DNA of 64,000 nt from Octopus sinensis (GCF_006345805.1 NC_043024.1:15686001-15750000), one strand, 5' to 3'. Shown: positions 38,976 to 51,555, numbered from the stretch's first letter. The notes: generated by a model not told the origin, from the letters alone. Translations and numbers: made by a program.

Positions 38976-39250
38976 GTAAGTATATCAGGACATTTTCTCT
39001 TTTGTGTTTAATTTGGATGGATGTGTGTGGCATAGGGGGCAACTGTGTGTGTGTGACTATTACATAATAATAATAATAATAATAACAATAATAATAATAA
39101 TCCTTTCTACTATAGGCACAAGACTTGAAATTCTGGGGTTTGGTGACATTACAGTGATCCCAGTGCTTGCCTAGTACTTGTTTTCCCAACCCTGATACAC
39201 ACACATATGTGTGAGTATATATATACATACATACATATATGTATTGATAT

Positions 39251-39450
39251 ACTCTCTTTACTCTCTTTTACTTGTTTCAGTCATTTGACTGTGGCCATGC
39301 TGGAGCACCGCCTTTAGTCGATCAAATCGACCCGGGACTTATTCTTTTTGTAAGCCCAGTACTTATTCAATCGGTCTCTTTTGCCGAACCGCTAAGTGAC
39401 GGGGACATAAACACACCAGCATCGGTTGTCAAGCAATGCTAGGGGGACAA

Positions 39451-39481
<31 letters not shown>

Positions 39482-39653
39482 CATATATACGACAGGCTTC
39501 TTTCAGTTTCCGTCTACCAAATCCACTCACAAGGCATTGGTCGGCCCGGGGCTATAGCAGAAGACACTTGCCCAAGATGCCACGCAGTGGGACTGAACCC
39601 GCAACCATGTGGTTGGTTAGCAAGCTACTTACCACACAGCCACTCTTGCGCCT
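39251..39653 (-). mobile_element. SINE family A, full length, young
   Basis: Reverse-complement match. Confidence 0.9.
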
Positions 39654-39665
39654 ATATATATACAT

Positions 39666-39729
<64 letters not shown>

Positions 39730-39847
39730 AGAGAATTCACAAAAAGCAAAAGATGAAAACTGGTGGTGTAGACAACAAACAGATGTATTCGTATAACATT
39801 CGTGAGTGATATATAAATATATATATATATACATACACATACATATA

Positions 39848-40216
39848 TCATCATCATCATCGTTTAACATCCATTTTCCATGCTAGCATAGGTTGGACGG
39901 TTCAACCAGGGTCTGGGAAGCCAGGAGGCTGCACCAGGCTCCAGTCTGATCTGGCAGTGTTTCTACAGCTGGATGCCCTTCCTAACGCCAACCACTCCGT
40001 GAGTGTAGTGGGCGCTTTTTACATGCCAGGGGAGGCTGGCTGCAGCCACGATCGGTTGGTGCTTTTTACGTGCCACCAGCACGGAAGCCAGTCAAGGCAG
40101 CACTGGCATCGGCCACATTCAGATGATGCTTTTTACGTGCCACCAGCACAGTTATCACAACTACAATTTCCATTTGATTTTTATTTTGATGTTGTTGTAC
40201 TTGACTCAATAGGTCT
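39848..40216 (-). mobile_element. Family D retroposon
   Basis: Reverse-complement match. Confidence 0.87.
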
Positions 40217-40217
40217 C

Positions 40218-40261
<44 letters not shown>

Positions 40262-40928
40262 ATACATACACACTCACAGACATATATATGCTTCCCTCTT
40301 TCTCCCCATATATATATGTGTGTATGTATACATGTATATGGGAAATGTGATAGAAGTTAGATACACACATATGTGTGTGTGCCCATTACAAACAAATATG
40401 TGTGTACGTGTATGTATGCATGCACATATACATGTGTTTGTGTCTGATTATGTGTGTTTGTGTATGGCTTTAGATAGACAGATAAACTGATAGCTAAATA
40501 TAAGGAAACAGAAGTTTACCATATTTTTCTCTTCACAAGCGAATACAAGTTGTAGGAAACATTCTATATTTATCAAAGAAATCTAAAGAAAAACACGCAA
40601 CAAGAACAACAATGCCAAAAAAAAACAAAAAAGAAGACCATTTCCAAAGCTTCCAAAAGCCTTTCGGTGAAAATTGTTACATGTTTACTTTCGGCATCCT
40701 CTTGCATTTTTGTTTGCCCTTGTTTTTTTTGTGTTTCTTTTCATTCTTGGTTTGGTTGTTTCTCATTGCTTGAACCAATATTCAAGAAGCAACTCATGAG
40801 TGAATCTTAACAAACAAAGGAAAGAGAAAACTTTATCCAGTCAGGCTTTCTATTAGGACGGTCTCTGTGGCTTGTTTATCAATGGAAATCATGGAATACA
40901 TTTTCTGATTCAATGATAATCTGTTGAA

Positions 40929-41238
40929 GAAGGCGGCGAGCTGCCAGAAACGTTAGCATGCCAGGTGAAATGATCAGCAGTATTTCGTCTGTCTTTATGT
41001 TCTGAGTTCAAATTCTGCTGAGGTCGACTTTGCCTTTCATCTTTTCAGGGTCGATAAATTAAGTACCAGTTGCATACTGGGGTTGATCTAATTGACTGGC
41101 CCTGCCTCCCCAAAATTTTCAGGCCTTGTGCCAAGAGTAGAAAAGAATCATTAGTACGCCAAGGTTGACTTTGCCTTTCGTCCTTTTGGGGTCAATAAAT
41201 TAAGTACCAGTTGCATACTGGGGTCAATCTAATTAATA
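40929..41238 (+). mobile_element. SINE B type ii plus an adjacent core fragment
   Basis: Family B match. Confidence 0.85.
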
Positions 41239-41882
41239 TCTGTACTTATATGTGTGTGTGTGTGTGTATATATATATGTGTGTGTGTATGTATGTGTGTG
41301 TGTATGTATATATATATATATACATATATACACAAGCAAAAGGCCCCCCCCCCGTCCAATGGATAGCACTGAGTTGTCAAACATTTAAACCAAATTTTCT
41401 CAAAACATCTTGTCCGACCGTCCCTTAGGCCTCCCCTTTTAGAAACACTGATTTAACCTAAATTTGAGACACCAGCAAAAGAAGAAATAAAGACAGACTT
41501 TTTTTCTATTCCAAAGAAAAACGATTTTATTCACACAGATATGCAACCAAAGAGTTTAAAGTACCAGTAATGTTAAGGCTGTTGACTGGGAGAACACAAA
41601 TATGGTTTAAACAGTTCTTTTCATTAAAAAATAATTAAGCATGCTTTTATTTCAATAAAATTTTTGGTTTTGTTAAACGAAGTTAAGGCAAAAAAATACT
41701 TCTTGAGAAACCAAATAGTCTTTCCTTTCTTCATGCCACGTTTGAAGAAAATATCTCTTTTGCATCTTACTTTTTTGGTCTCTTAATTATACTGCACTTT
41801 GTGGCATTATTTCAAGCTGGCCAGCTTTTTTTGCGCAAACTGCACGTGCATTTTTCTCGTGTACATCTAGTATCGATCATAA

Positions 41883-42095
41883 CAGTTAATGTACTTGTGC
41901 ATACAAATGCATGTTCCCACGGCTTTATCGATTGCATTCTCACCTGGAATTGATTTTTGCAATTTTCTCAAGACTTATACACGCCCTGATACTGTCAGTA
42001 TCTACATATCAAATTTGAGCGCAATCAGATGGAGGATGCTCGAGATCCTAGAAGACGCACACACAGACAGACAGAACAGATTTTATATAATAGAT
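41883..42095 (+). mobile_element. Possible Helitron-type non-autonomous end (caaatttgagcgcaatc...cacagacagacag...ttttatataatagat)
   Basis: Resembles ACAG-microsatellite-bearing Helitron derivatives. Single copy here. Confidence 0.4.
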
Positions 42096-43171
42096 ATGTA
42101 TGTGTGTGTGTATGTATATACATACATATATATATATGTATAATATGTGTGTGTATACATATATATAATGCATGCTTCTTTGAGTTTCCATTGACCATAT
42201 CCACTCAACAAGGTTTTGGTTGGTCCAGGGCTATATTACAAAACACTTACCCCAGGTGCCATGCAGTGGAACTGAACATGAAGCCTTGTGATTGGGAAGC
42301 GAGCATCTTAATCACCCACCCACCCATGCCTGCTCCATGGGATAATATCTAGTACCAATGATTTTTATCAGGCAGAGGTATTATCCACAGTGGTGTCTCT
42401 CTGTTGAAGTTATTGGTAGCGTCTCTATATCCTTAGAGTGCCGCAAAACCCAAGCACACCAATTTTTATTGGGATATCTTAGCAGAATAGACCCACCTTC
42501 CCACTTAAAGAATGTGATAACACTCAAACCTATTCAAACCGGTCTTTCAATTCACTTACACTCCAGCACTTTAACCACATAGCCAATGGAATGTAGAAAT
42601 AATACTTATAATAGAATCACATTAGGGGAAAATAATTTTACGGGATTTGATTCTGTGAATGGCAGAGAAGATAACTTTATAGAAGCTCTTGTAATTGGCT
42701 AAGAATACAATCATATTTTACTTCGGCATTGGAATTCATTTCAAATGAATGGATTCGGTGGAAGAATAATTATTGATGATTCCAAATAACTGGGAAGGAT
42801 TCACTGGATTCAATACAGTATGACTTTTATGGAATACTTTATCCTCATTTCAAACCTGGCTAATTTCCAGAGTTGTTTTTATGCAGCTTACGGCTTGTTT
42901 CTTCTTAAAAGGATTCACTACTGTGTTCTGATGCAACAGAATGTGTGAGCAAGCCAATGAATGTGTGCTGCTGGTGGTGGTGGTAGTGGTGGCAGTGGGG
43001 CAATAATAATGCGTATATTAAACGCAATGCAAACAGCGGTATTCTTCACGCACAAAAGCTATACATTGGCTTTTATATTCTCAAGAATCACAGGAAATGG
43101 TTGACAAATTTCGGTATTGATGGAAACTCAATGTTTGAAACGTGATTCCTGTGTTTATTATGGTTAGAAGC

Positions 43172-43206
<35 letters not shown>

Positions 43207-43989
43207 TGTATGTGTGTGTGTATATATATATGTTTGTATGTGTGTGTGTATATATATATGTTTGTGTGTGTGTGTGTGTGTATATATAGTTTGTGTGTGT
43301 GTTGTGTATATATATGTTTGTGTGTGTATATATATGTTTGTATGTGTGTATGTATATATGTTTGTGTGTGTGTGGTATATATATATATGTTTGTATGTGT
43401 GTGTATATATATATTTGTGTGTGTGTGTATACATGTTTGTATGTGTGTGTGTATATATATATGTTTGTGTGTGTGTATATATATATGTTTGTATGTGTGT
43501 GTGTGTATATATGTTTGTATGTATGTGTGTGTGTATATGTTTGTATGTATGTGTGTGTATATGTTTGTATGTGTGTGTCTGTGTATATATGTCTATGTGC
43601 GTATATATGTTTGTCTGTGTGTGTATGCATATACATATCTGTATGGGTGTGTGTATTTATATGTATGGGTGTGTGTGTGTGTATATATTTTGGGGTTTTT
43701 ATTTATTTTTTCCTGGATTCATTACATTGGGCTGTGGCCATGCTGAAGCACCACCTCCAATAGTTTTTCTTTACCTATTTCTGTGTAGCACTTAATTCTG
43801 TCAACCTCGTTTTATTAAATGGCTAAGTTTCCCCTTGATATAAAAGGACCACAACTCAATGTGCTGTTTTATGCTGGTATAAACACAAACACACGGGTTT
43901 GTGTGTGTGTGTGTGTGTGTGTGTGATGTTGGATTCTCTCGTTGAAAACAACAAAATGAGTGTTTCATAAAAAAAATAAAAAAACCCAG

Positions 43990-44180
43990 ATGTTATGTTC
44001 TATGGACAAGCGTGAGTCTGTTGAGGCCTGATGGTGCCTTGCAAACCATTTTGGCAAATGGAACAAGTTGTGGACTCGGTTTGCTGGAGTTCATGTGGAT
44101 CAACTGCTACATGTTTTCTTGAGTGGACCGCAAGGCCTGCTTTGCTCCATGTCATGAAACCACAACAAGTAAAGTATTTA
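43990..44180 (-). pseudogene. Degenerate two-finger C2H2 fragment, probably a LINE ORF2 C-terminus
   Basis: ..SKAGLAVHSRKH...TCSICQ.VCKAPSGL..L.LVH with a frameshift. Confidence 0.55.
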
Positions 44181-44972
44181 GGCACAAGGTGTAGTGGTTA
44201 GGATGTTGCTCTTACAATTGTGAGATCATGGTTTCAATTCCTAGCCTGGGTGGTGTGTTGTGTTCTTGAGCAAATGTCTTCTAGTATAGCTTTGGCTAAC
44301 AGAGCCTTATGAATGAATTTGGTAAATGGAAACTGAAAGAAGCCTGTCATAGTTTGTATGTACATATTTATGTGTGTGTTTTGTGTCTGTATTTGTTCCC
44401 TGCAACTGCTTGAGAAATGGCAGTCAAGAGACTTATAGAGTGAGTATTAGGCTAAAAAATACAAGTCCTGGGGTTGATTTGTTTGAGTTAAGAACCCTTC
44501 AAGGCAGTGCCCCAGCATGGCCGCAGTCTAAATGACTGCAGCAAGGGAGAAGATAAAAAGATTAAAAAAAGACGTGTGTTTGGGGGGGGGGCTATCCAGG
44601 GAAATACTATTATCAACGGTGTGTAAATATATAACCCCTTCATTTGTGCCTAGTTTGATAAGTGCCGACCATGAAACTCTCAGCCCTTGAGTCACTCTGC
44701 TAACTTCTTGTGACTATTAATACTCACATACATATGTATATACATACACACACGCACACATATTCGTACATACATACACACACATACACACGTAAGTACA
44801 GACATGCATACAATCTCACACACATACATATATATACACACACACATACATACATACACATACATATATATACACACATATACATATACATACACATAGA
44901 TACATACATACTTAAGTGCCAACATGCAAAACACTTGGACCATGAGTCGCTTTGTTACTTCTATGAAATATT

Positions 44973-45180
44973 CTTTTCTACTCTAGGCACAAGGCCCGAA
45001 ATTTTTAGGGACGGGGGGCAGTCGATTAGATCGACCCAGTGCGCAACTGGTACTTAATTTATTTACTCTGAAAGGATGAAAGGCAAAGTCGACCTTGGTG
45101 GAATTTGAACTCAGAACATAAAGACGGATAAAATACCACTAAGCATTTTGCCCGGTGTGCTAACGCTTCTGCCAGCTCAC
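44973..45180 (-). mobile_element. SINE B type ii
   Basis: Reverse-complement match. Confidence 0.87.
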
Positions 45181-45185
45181 TAAAT

Positions 45186-45573
45186 CTGGAAGCACTCCGT
45201 TGGTTATGACGACGAGGGTTCCGGTTGATCCGAATCAACGGAACAGCCTGCTCGTGAAATTAACGTGTAAGTGGCTGAGCACTCCACAGACACGTGTACC
45301 CTTCACGTAGCTCTCGGGGATATTCAGCGTGACACAGAGAGTGACAAGGCTGGCCCTTTGAAATACAGGTACAACAGAAACAGGAAGTAAGAGTGAGAGA
45401 AAGTTGTGGTGAAAGAGTACAGCAGGGATCACCACCATCCCCTGCCGGATCCTCGTGGAGCTTTAGGTGTTTTCGCTCAATAAACACTCACAACGCCCGG
45501 TCTGGGAATCGAAACCGCGATCCTATGACCGCGAGTCCGCTACCCTAACCACTGGGCCATTGCGCCTCCACAA
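45186..45573 (-). mobile_element. SINE family E, full length, with 10-bp TSD
   Basis: TSD ctcactaaat at 45176-45185 and 45574-45583. tRNA-like A and B boxes. Confidence 0.92.
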
Positions 45574-45769
45574 CTCACTAAATATTCACAAATATTAATA
45601 AAAATATACATATGCTCATATTTTGAGTTTTATTTTTCCTATTTGCATCAACACACACACACATATATGAGTGAATGAACAAATAACAGAAGAGTACTCA
45701 ATACATTTATTGGGTGTTACATGTAGGGATCAAAAAAGTTTTGATTCATGCATAAGAATATATATATGT

Positions 45770-45802
<33 letters not shown>

Positions 45803-45803
<1 letters not shown>

Positions 45804-46205
45804 GGCGCAGGAGTGGCTGTGTGGTAAGTAGCTTTCATACCAACCTCATGGTTCTGGGTTCATTTCCACTGTGTGGCACCTTGGGCAAGTGTCTTCTACT
45901 ATAGCCTCGGGCCGACCAAAGTCTTGTGAGTGGATTTGGTAGACGGAAACTGAAAGAAGCCCGCCATATATATGTATATATATATATATGTGTATGTGTG
46001 TATGTGTTTGTGTGTCTGTGTTTGTTCCCCCACATCACTTGACAACCGATGCTGGTGTGTTTATGTCCCCGTAACTTAGCGGTTCGGCAAAAAGAAAACG
46101 ATAGAATAAGTATGAGGCTTATAAAGAATAAGTCCGGTGGTCGATTTGCTTGACTAAAGGCGGTGCTCCAGCATGGCCACAGTCAAATGACTGAAATGAG
46201 TAAAG
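45803..46205 (+). mobile_element. SINE family A, full length
   Basis: Family A match. Confidence 0.9.
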
Positions 46206-46216
46206 TAAGTAAGTAA

Positions 46217-46256
<40 letters not shown>

Positions 46257-46267
46257 GTGTGTGTGTG

Positions 46268-46298
<31 letters not shown>

Positions 46299-46319
46299 AC
46301 GTGTGTGTGTGTGTATGTG

Positions 46320-46350
<31 letters not shown>

Positions 46351-46413
46351 TGGTAAAACGGTAAGATAACAAAAGAAAGAAAGAGACCTCAATATTATGT
46401 AAATAGAGGAATT

Positions 46414-46651
46414 TATCTGTAAAATATATGTGACAATTATTCAATAGCCAAGATAAAACTCTGAGTTTCAGATGCTGAGGTGGAAATCCACACCACCGTC
46501 TCTTCGGTTATCTGGCCAGCTGAAAAATGCTATCTTTTTTCAGATGGCCAGATAACCGAAGAGATGGTGTTGTGGATTTCCACTTCGGCATCTGAAACTC
46601 AGAGTTTTTATCTTGGCTATTGAATAATTGTAACATATTATTTTATAGATA
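46414..46651. repeat. Near-perfect inverted repeat, about 115-bp arms with 8-nt loop
   Basis: 46414-46527 pairs with 46536-46651. Confidence 0.95.
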
Positions 46652-46791
46652 TATATGTATATATATATATATATATAAAAGTAGGTCCCGGGTTGAGTCG
46701 GGGTTAACCACAGTAAGTAAGGTACTCAATACATGTCAGAGTAAAATTAATTTATTTTAGAAAGGAACTTCTACAGGACTAGAACTGTTTC

Positions 46792-46855
<64 letters not shown>

Positions 46856-47003
46856 ATAGCAAAATTATCAATTTATGATCAGTTATGCTCTCTCTCTCAC
46901 AAACATACAAACAATATATATTATGGATTACATCATTCTCATCTGCTTGTATGTGTGTCTGTATAAAGATCTAGATAGATAAGCACATAGATTTGTGTGT
47001 ACG

Positions 47004-47081
<78 letters not shown>

Positions 47082-47559
47082 CATATATATATCTACATAC
47101 TTTGTTTCCATTTTAATGATTATACTAAAATGTTTGTGACTATAAATATGCTGGTTATTAGAATTTCTCAAATGTGTCTTCAGGGTTGGTAGTGCCAGAG
47201 ATTCCATTGCAAGAATATAAGCTGAAAAAAAAAAAAGATTTAAAACTATTTTTAGAAACATTTGAAAAAATCTCTTTCTATGTTCTTTTGTGAAGCAAGT
47301 CTTCTGTTTATTGCAATTACATCACTGTTCATTTTGTCTCTCTGTCTGTTTGTCCCTCTATCCATCCATTTATCCTTCATTCCATCTGTCTGTCCATCCA
47401 TTTATGTTTCTAGTTATCCACTTGTCTATTTATCTCTCTCTCTCTCTCTCTTTATCTATTTATTTATATTCATCTATCTGTCTGTCTATCTCTCTTTCCA
47501 TCTATCTATTTATCTCTCTCTCCCTCTGTCTGTCTGTCTCTTTCAATCTTTCTATCTCT

Positions 47560-47646
47560 CTACGTATCTAACTATCTCTCTGTCTATCTGACTATCTTTC
47601 TGTCTATCTGTCTGTCCAGCTATCCACTTCTCTATCTGTCTGTCTG

Positions 47647-47742
<96 letters not shown>

Positions 47743-47790
47743 GTCTGTCTGTCTGTCTGTCTATCTGACTATCTATCTATCTATCTGTCT
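47560..47790. repeat. (CTAT)n/(CTGT)n microsatellite within a longer CT-rich tract (about 47330-48290)
   Basis: Direct inspection. Confidence 0.93.
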
Positions 47791-47983
47791 GTCTGTCTAT
47801 CAATAAATTAAGTACCAGTTATGTACTGTGGTCGATGTAATCGACTTAATCCGTTTGTCCTTGTTTGTCCCCTCTGTATTTAGCCCCTTATGAGTAGTAA
47901 AGAAATCTATCTATCTATCTTCCCATCTATCTGTCTATCACTCTGTCTAATGTATTTGGTCAATCTGTCCTGTCTGCCTACCT

Positions 47984-48033
<50 letters not shown>

Positions 48034-48376
48034 TCTCTTTGCCTATCTGTCTGTCTCTTTTTTCATCTATCTCTCTGTTTCTCTGTGTATCTATGTATCT
48101 GACCATCCATTCCGCCCCCTATCCGTCACTCTATCCATCCACCCCACATTCTGTCCCTTCTGTTCATGTCTATGCCTGTCTATCCATATATCCATTTTGC
48201 CTACCTATCTACCTGTCCATCTGTCCTTCCTTCTCTCTCTCTATGTATCTGTCTGTTTGTCTATCTGCTTCCTTCATTCTTTCTTTTTCCTTTCTTTCAC
48301 ATCATATATATTGTAATGTATTGTAATATATGTCTACCCCAGTATGTATAATATATATGCATGTTTGTAGCCATTT

Positions 48377-48436
48377 GGGTCTGACGAGTTGCCTATGCAG
48401 CTAAGCGCTTTACAGGTGTGAAACCAGTGGTCACTC
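48377..48436 (+). ncRNA. Type I hammerhead ribozyme-like motif (degenerate)
   Basis: CTGACGA 48381-87, GAAA 48420-23, stem III CC/GG, GTC 48430-32, stem I GGGT/ACTC. Stem II is imperfect. Confidence 0.35.
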
Positions 48437-48652
48437 TCTGACCAGTCATAACAATCAATCCTCTAAATATATATGTATGTATATGTATATATGTACATGT
48501 ATGTATATGTATGTATATAACTTTGATAGGTTTCAGCCAGTATAGGCCCAGGCCATGTCTAACTCAGTAGCACCATATATGTATGTATATGTATTTTTGT
48601 GTATCTGTGTGTATGTATGTGTGTGTGTGTATGTATATATATATGTGTGGTA

Positions 48653-48694
<42 letters not shown>

Positions 48695-48698
48695 CGTG

Positions 48699-48915
48699 GA
48701 GAACCAGATCAGATTGGAGTCAGCTTCACCAGACCTCAGTCAAATCGTCCAACACATGCTAGCATGGAAAGCGGACGTTAAACGATGATGATGATATATG
48801 TATGAAGGTGTGTGGTCTAATGGTCGACCTCGGCGGAATTTGAACTCAGAACGTAGCGACAGACGAAATACCGCTAAGAATTTCGCATGGCATACTAACA
48901 TTTCTGCCAGCTTGC
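48699..48915. mobile_element. Family D tail (plus, 48699-48795) and SINE B head (minus, 48826-48915)
   Basis: Family matches. Confidence 0.8.
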
Positions 48916-49096
48916 AGCTTTATACATTTATATATTTACATATGCACACACTCACACACACATATATATGTAACATATACACACATCAGAGATGTCTTTT
49001 CATCATATGTCTATGTACTAAGACATTTTGTTTTTGTTTTTTTCTCTCAATATATATCACATTTTAAATTTCAATATTTTCTCTTTTTTCTTTTAG

Positions 49097-49141
49097 ATAT
49101 TCAGGCGTGGAGTCAAAAATGGCACAAATGGAGTAGATGAG
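49097..49141 (+). CDS. KCNH2: Candidate 45-nt in-frame exon of the ERG gene (IFRRGVKNGTNGVDE)
   Basis: ttttctcttttttcttttag acceptor, GAG|gtaaga donor, phase 0-0 matching both flanking exons, no stop in that frame. No hERG homology and no transcript evidence. Confidence 0.65.
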
Positions 49142-49419
49142 GTAAGATTCTGGTTCTTTTGTATTCTACAAAAAATGTTTCCTTTTTCTTTATTATTTTT
49201 TGTTTTAATTGTCCCCACTGCCCTTGGGAAACCCAGGTCAATTGATCAACCCAAGTATTACAAGCTGAAAGGACTTTGAGGTCGATCCATCAGCCCGATG
49301 AAACAAACGTTGGGAATGGTTGGTTTTAAAGTGTAATAGCCAATCAGAGATCATCTTTTAGTATATTTATTTTTTTGTTTTGTTTTGTTTTTTCACAGAA
49401 GATTTCATAATACCCTTTT

Positions 49420-49612
49420 ATTCTTTTATATGTTTGTCATTTGACTGTGGCCATGCTGAAGGGCTTTAGATGAAGAAATCGACCCCAGGACTCATTTGTT
49501 GTAAGCCTAGTGCTTATTCTATCGGTCTCTTTTGCTGAACTGCTAAGTTATGGGGACATAAACATACCAACATCAGGTGTCAAGTGATGATGGGGCAAAC
49601 AGACACACACAC
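49420..49612 (-). mobile_element. SINE A tail half, 280 bp downstream of the 45-nt exon
   Basis: Reverse-complement match. Confidence 0.82.
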
Positions 49613-49978
49613 ACATACATAAATATATATATGTATATATATATATATATATATACTACACAGTAATCCTTCACCATATCACGGTTTATTATTGAAGCTT
49701 ATGTCAGTTCCTCTGTGGTGTTGTTTTACATTTATAATAAAATAAATATAAACAAATTAGAAAAATAATACAAAAAGATATACAGTACAGTAATTGCGTC
49801 AAAGCTGAAGTTAAGCCACAATATTTAATGCTCTCTGTTATATTTATATTAAAAATTTTTTAAATTACTGGAGTTTAGGGAGCAGTTATTTTAAAACATA
49901 TGCTATTTCAAATTGGCTAATTCATTTGAACTTATCCGCTTGATCTGTTGTAAATAATAGAAGGTCTAATTATTAAGT

Positions 49979-50197
49979 CAGTGGTTTTCAACCAGGGTTC
50001 CGCAGAACCTTAGGGTTCCGCCAGTACAGTCCAGGGGTTCCACAAGAAGTTATAAAACTGCTAAAATCGGCAGTAATTTTTAATTCTCCTGTGCAGATAT
50101 GTGTGCATAAGACTATTAAATTATTGCACAGAGGTTCCTCGAGCCAGTGGAATGTTTCCTTGGGGTTCCACTCCAGCAAATGGTTTGAAAAGCCCTG
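49979..50197. mobile_element. hAT (Charlie/Buster-type) MITE
   Basis: TIRs cagtggttttcaacc / ggtttgaaaagccctg and a perfect 8-bp TSD TATTAAGT (49971-78, 50198-205). Confidence 0.92.
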
Positions 50198-50265
50198 TAT
50201 TAAGTAAATAAATCATATTAGTCTTTCATGTTAACAATGTATATCTTAAATTAAACATATACATA

Positions 50266-50638
50266 TTGGAAGCACTCCGTCGGTTACAAACGACGAGGGT
50301 TCCGGTTGATCCGAATCAACGGAACAGCCTGCTCATGAATTAACGTGTAAGTGGCTGAGCACACCACAGAAAGTGTCCTTATTATAGTTCTCGGGATATT
50401 CAGCGTGACACAGAGGGTGACAAGGCGGCCCTTGAAATACAGGTACAACAGAAAACAGGAAGTAAGAGTGAGAGAAAGTTGTGGTGAAAGAGTACAGCAG
50501 GATCACCACCATCCCTACCAGAGCCTCGTGGAGCTTTAGTGTTTTCGCTCAAAACACTCACAAACACCTGGAATCGAAACCGCGATTCCTATGACCGCGA
50601 GTCCACTGCCCTAACCACTAGGCCATTGCGCCTCCACA
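50266..50638 (-). mobile_element. SINE family E, full length
   Basis: Matches 45186-45573. Confidence 0.9.
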
Positions 50639-51152
50639 CCCACATATATCTACATACTCTCACAGAACATCACATTACACACATACACAGTCCTACCTAC
50701 AATCCACATACACGCACACATATACACATCCAAACATACATACATACACACACACATACCCATACACACATGTACATACACATACATTCCTACATCAACA
50801 TATACAAATACCTACAAAATTAACTCTATAAATAAGTTTAGGTCTACAATTGAACAAATAAGCTAGATATGAGTTAAATAATTATGTTCCTAACATTTTT
50901 ATTAAATAAGAACACAAAACAACAATTTATCCATATCCACAAACATACTCGTAAAGATACATTCAATTCTCTATATGTATCGCTATTCGACAAACACACA
51001 TATCTATACATAACCACAGACAACACAAATTTATACATACACACATATGCACATGCATTTATAAATATACCCATACATCCACATGCATAAACTAGTACCT
51101 ACATATATTATAATATATTCTCCACCATATTATTATAAATACATACACATAT

Positions 51153-51318
51153 AGGCGCAGGAGTGGCTGTGGTAAGTAAGTAGCGTGCTAATCAACACAT
51201 GGTTCCAGGTTCAGCCACTGCGTGGCATCTTGGGCAAGTGTCTTCTGCTATAGCCCTGGGCCGACAATACTTATGAGTGGATTTGGTAGACGGAAACTGA
51301 AAAGAAGCCTGTCGTATA

Positions 51319-51363
<45 letters not shown>

Positions 51364-51555
51364 GTCCCCCTAGCATTGCTTGACAACGATGCTGGTGTGT
51401 TTACGTCCCCGTCACTTAGCGATTCGGCAAAAGAGACCGATAGAATAAGTACTGGGCTTACAAAGAATAGTCCCGGGGTCGATTTGCTCGACTAGAGGCG
51501 GTGCTCCAGCATGGCCGCAGTCACATGACTGAAACAATTAAAAGAGTAAAGAGTA
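51153..51555 (+). mobile_element. SINE family A flanked by a 92-bp direct duplication
   Basis: 51061-51152 matches 51571-51662 with one mismatch. Confidence 0.88.

Noticed and set aside
43985-44030. ATG...AAGC|GTGAGT donor
   Set aside because: Phase 1 or 2, incompatible with the downstream phase-0 exons, and it overlaps a minus-strand zinc-finger remnant.
45500-45573. tRNA-like sequences (also the heads at 4453, 6823, 50570 and of SINE A/B)
   Set aside because: They have A and B boxes but run directly into SINE bodies with TSDs and lack a full cloverleaf acceptor stem. They are SINE heads, not tRNA genes.
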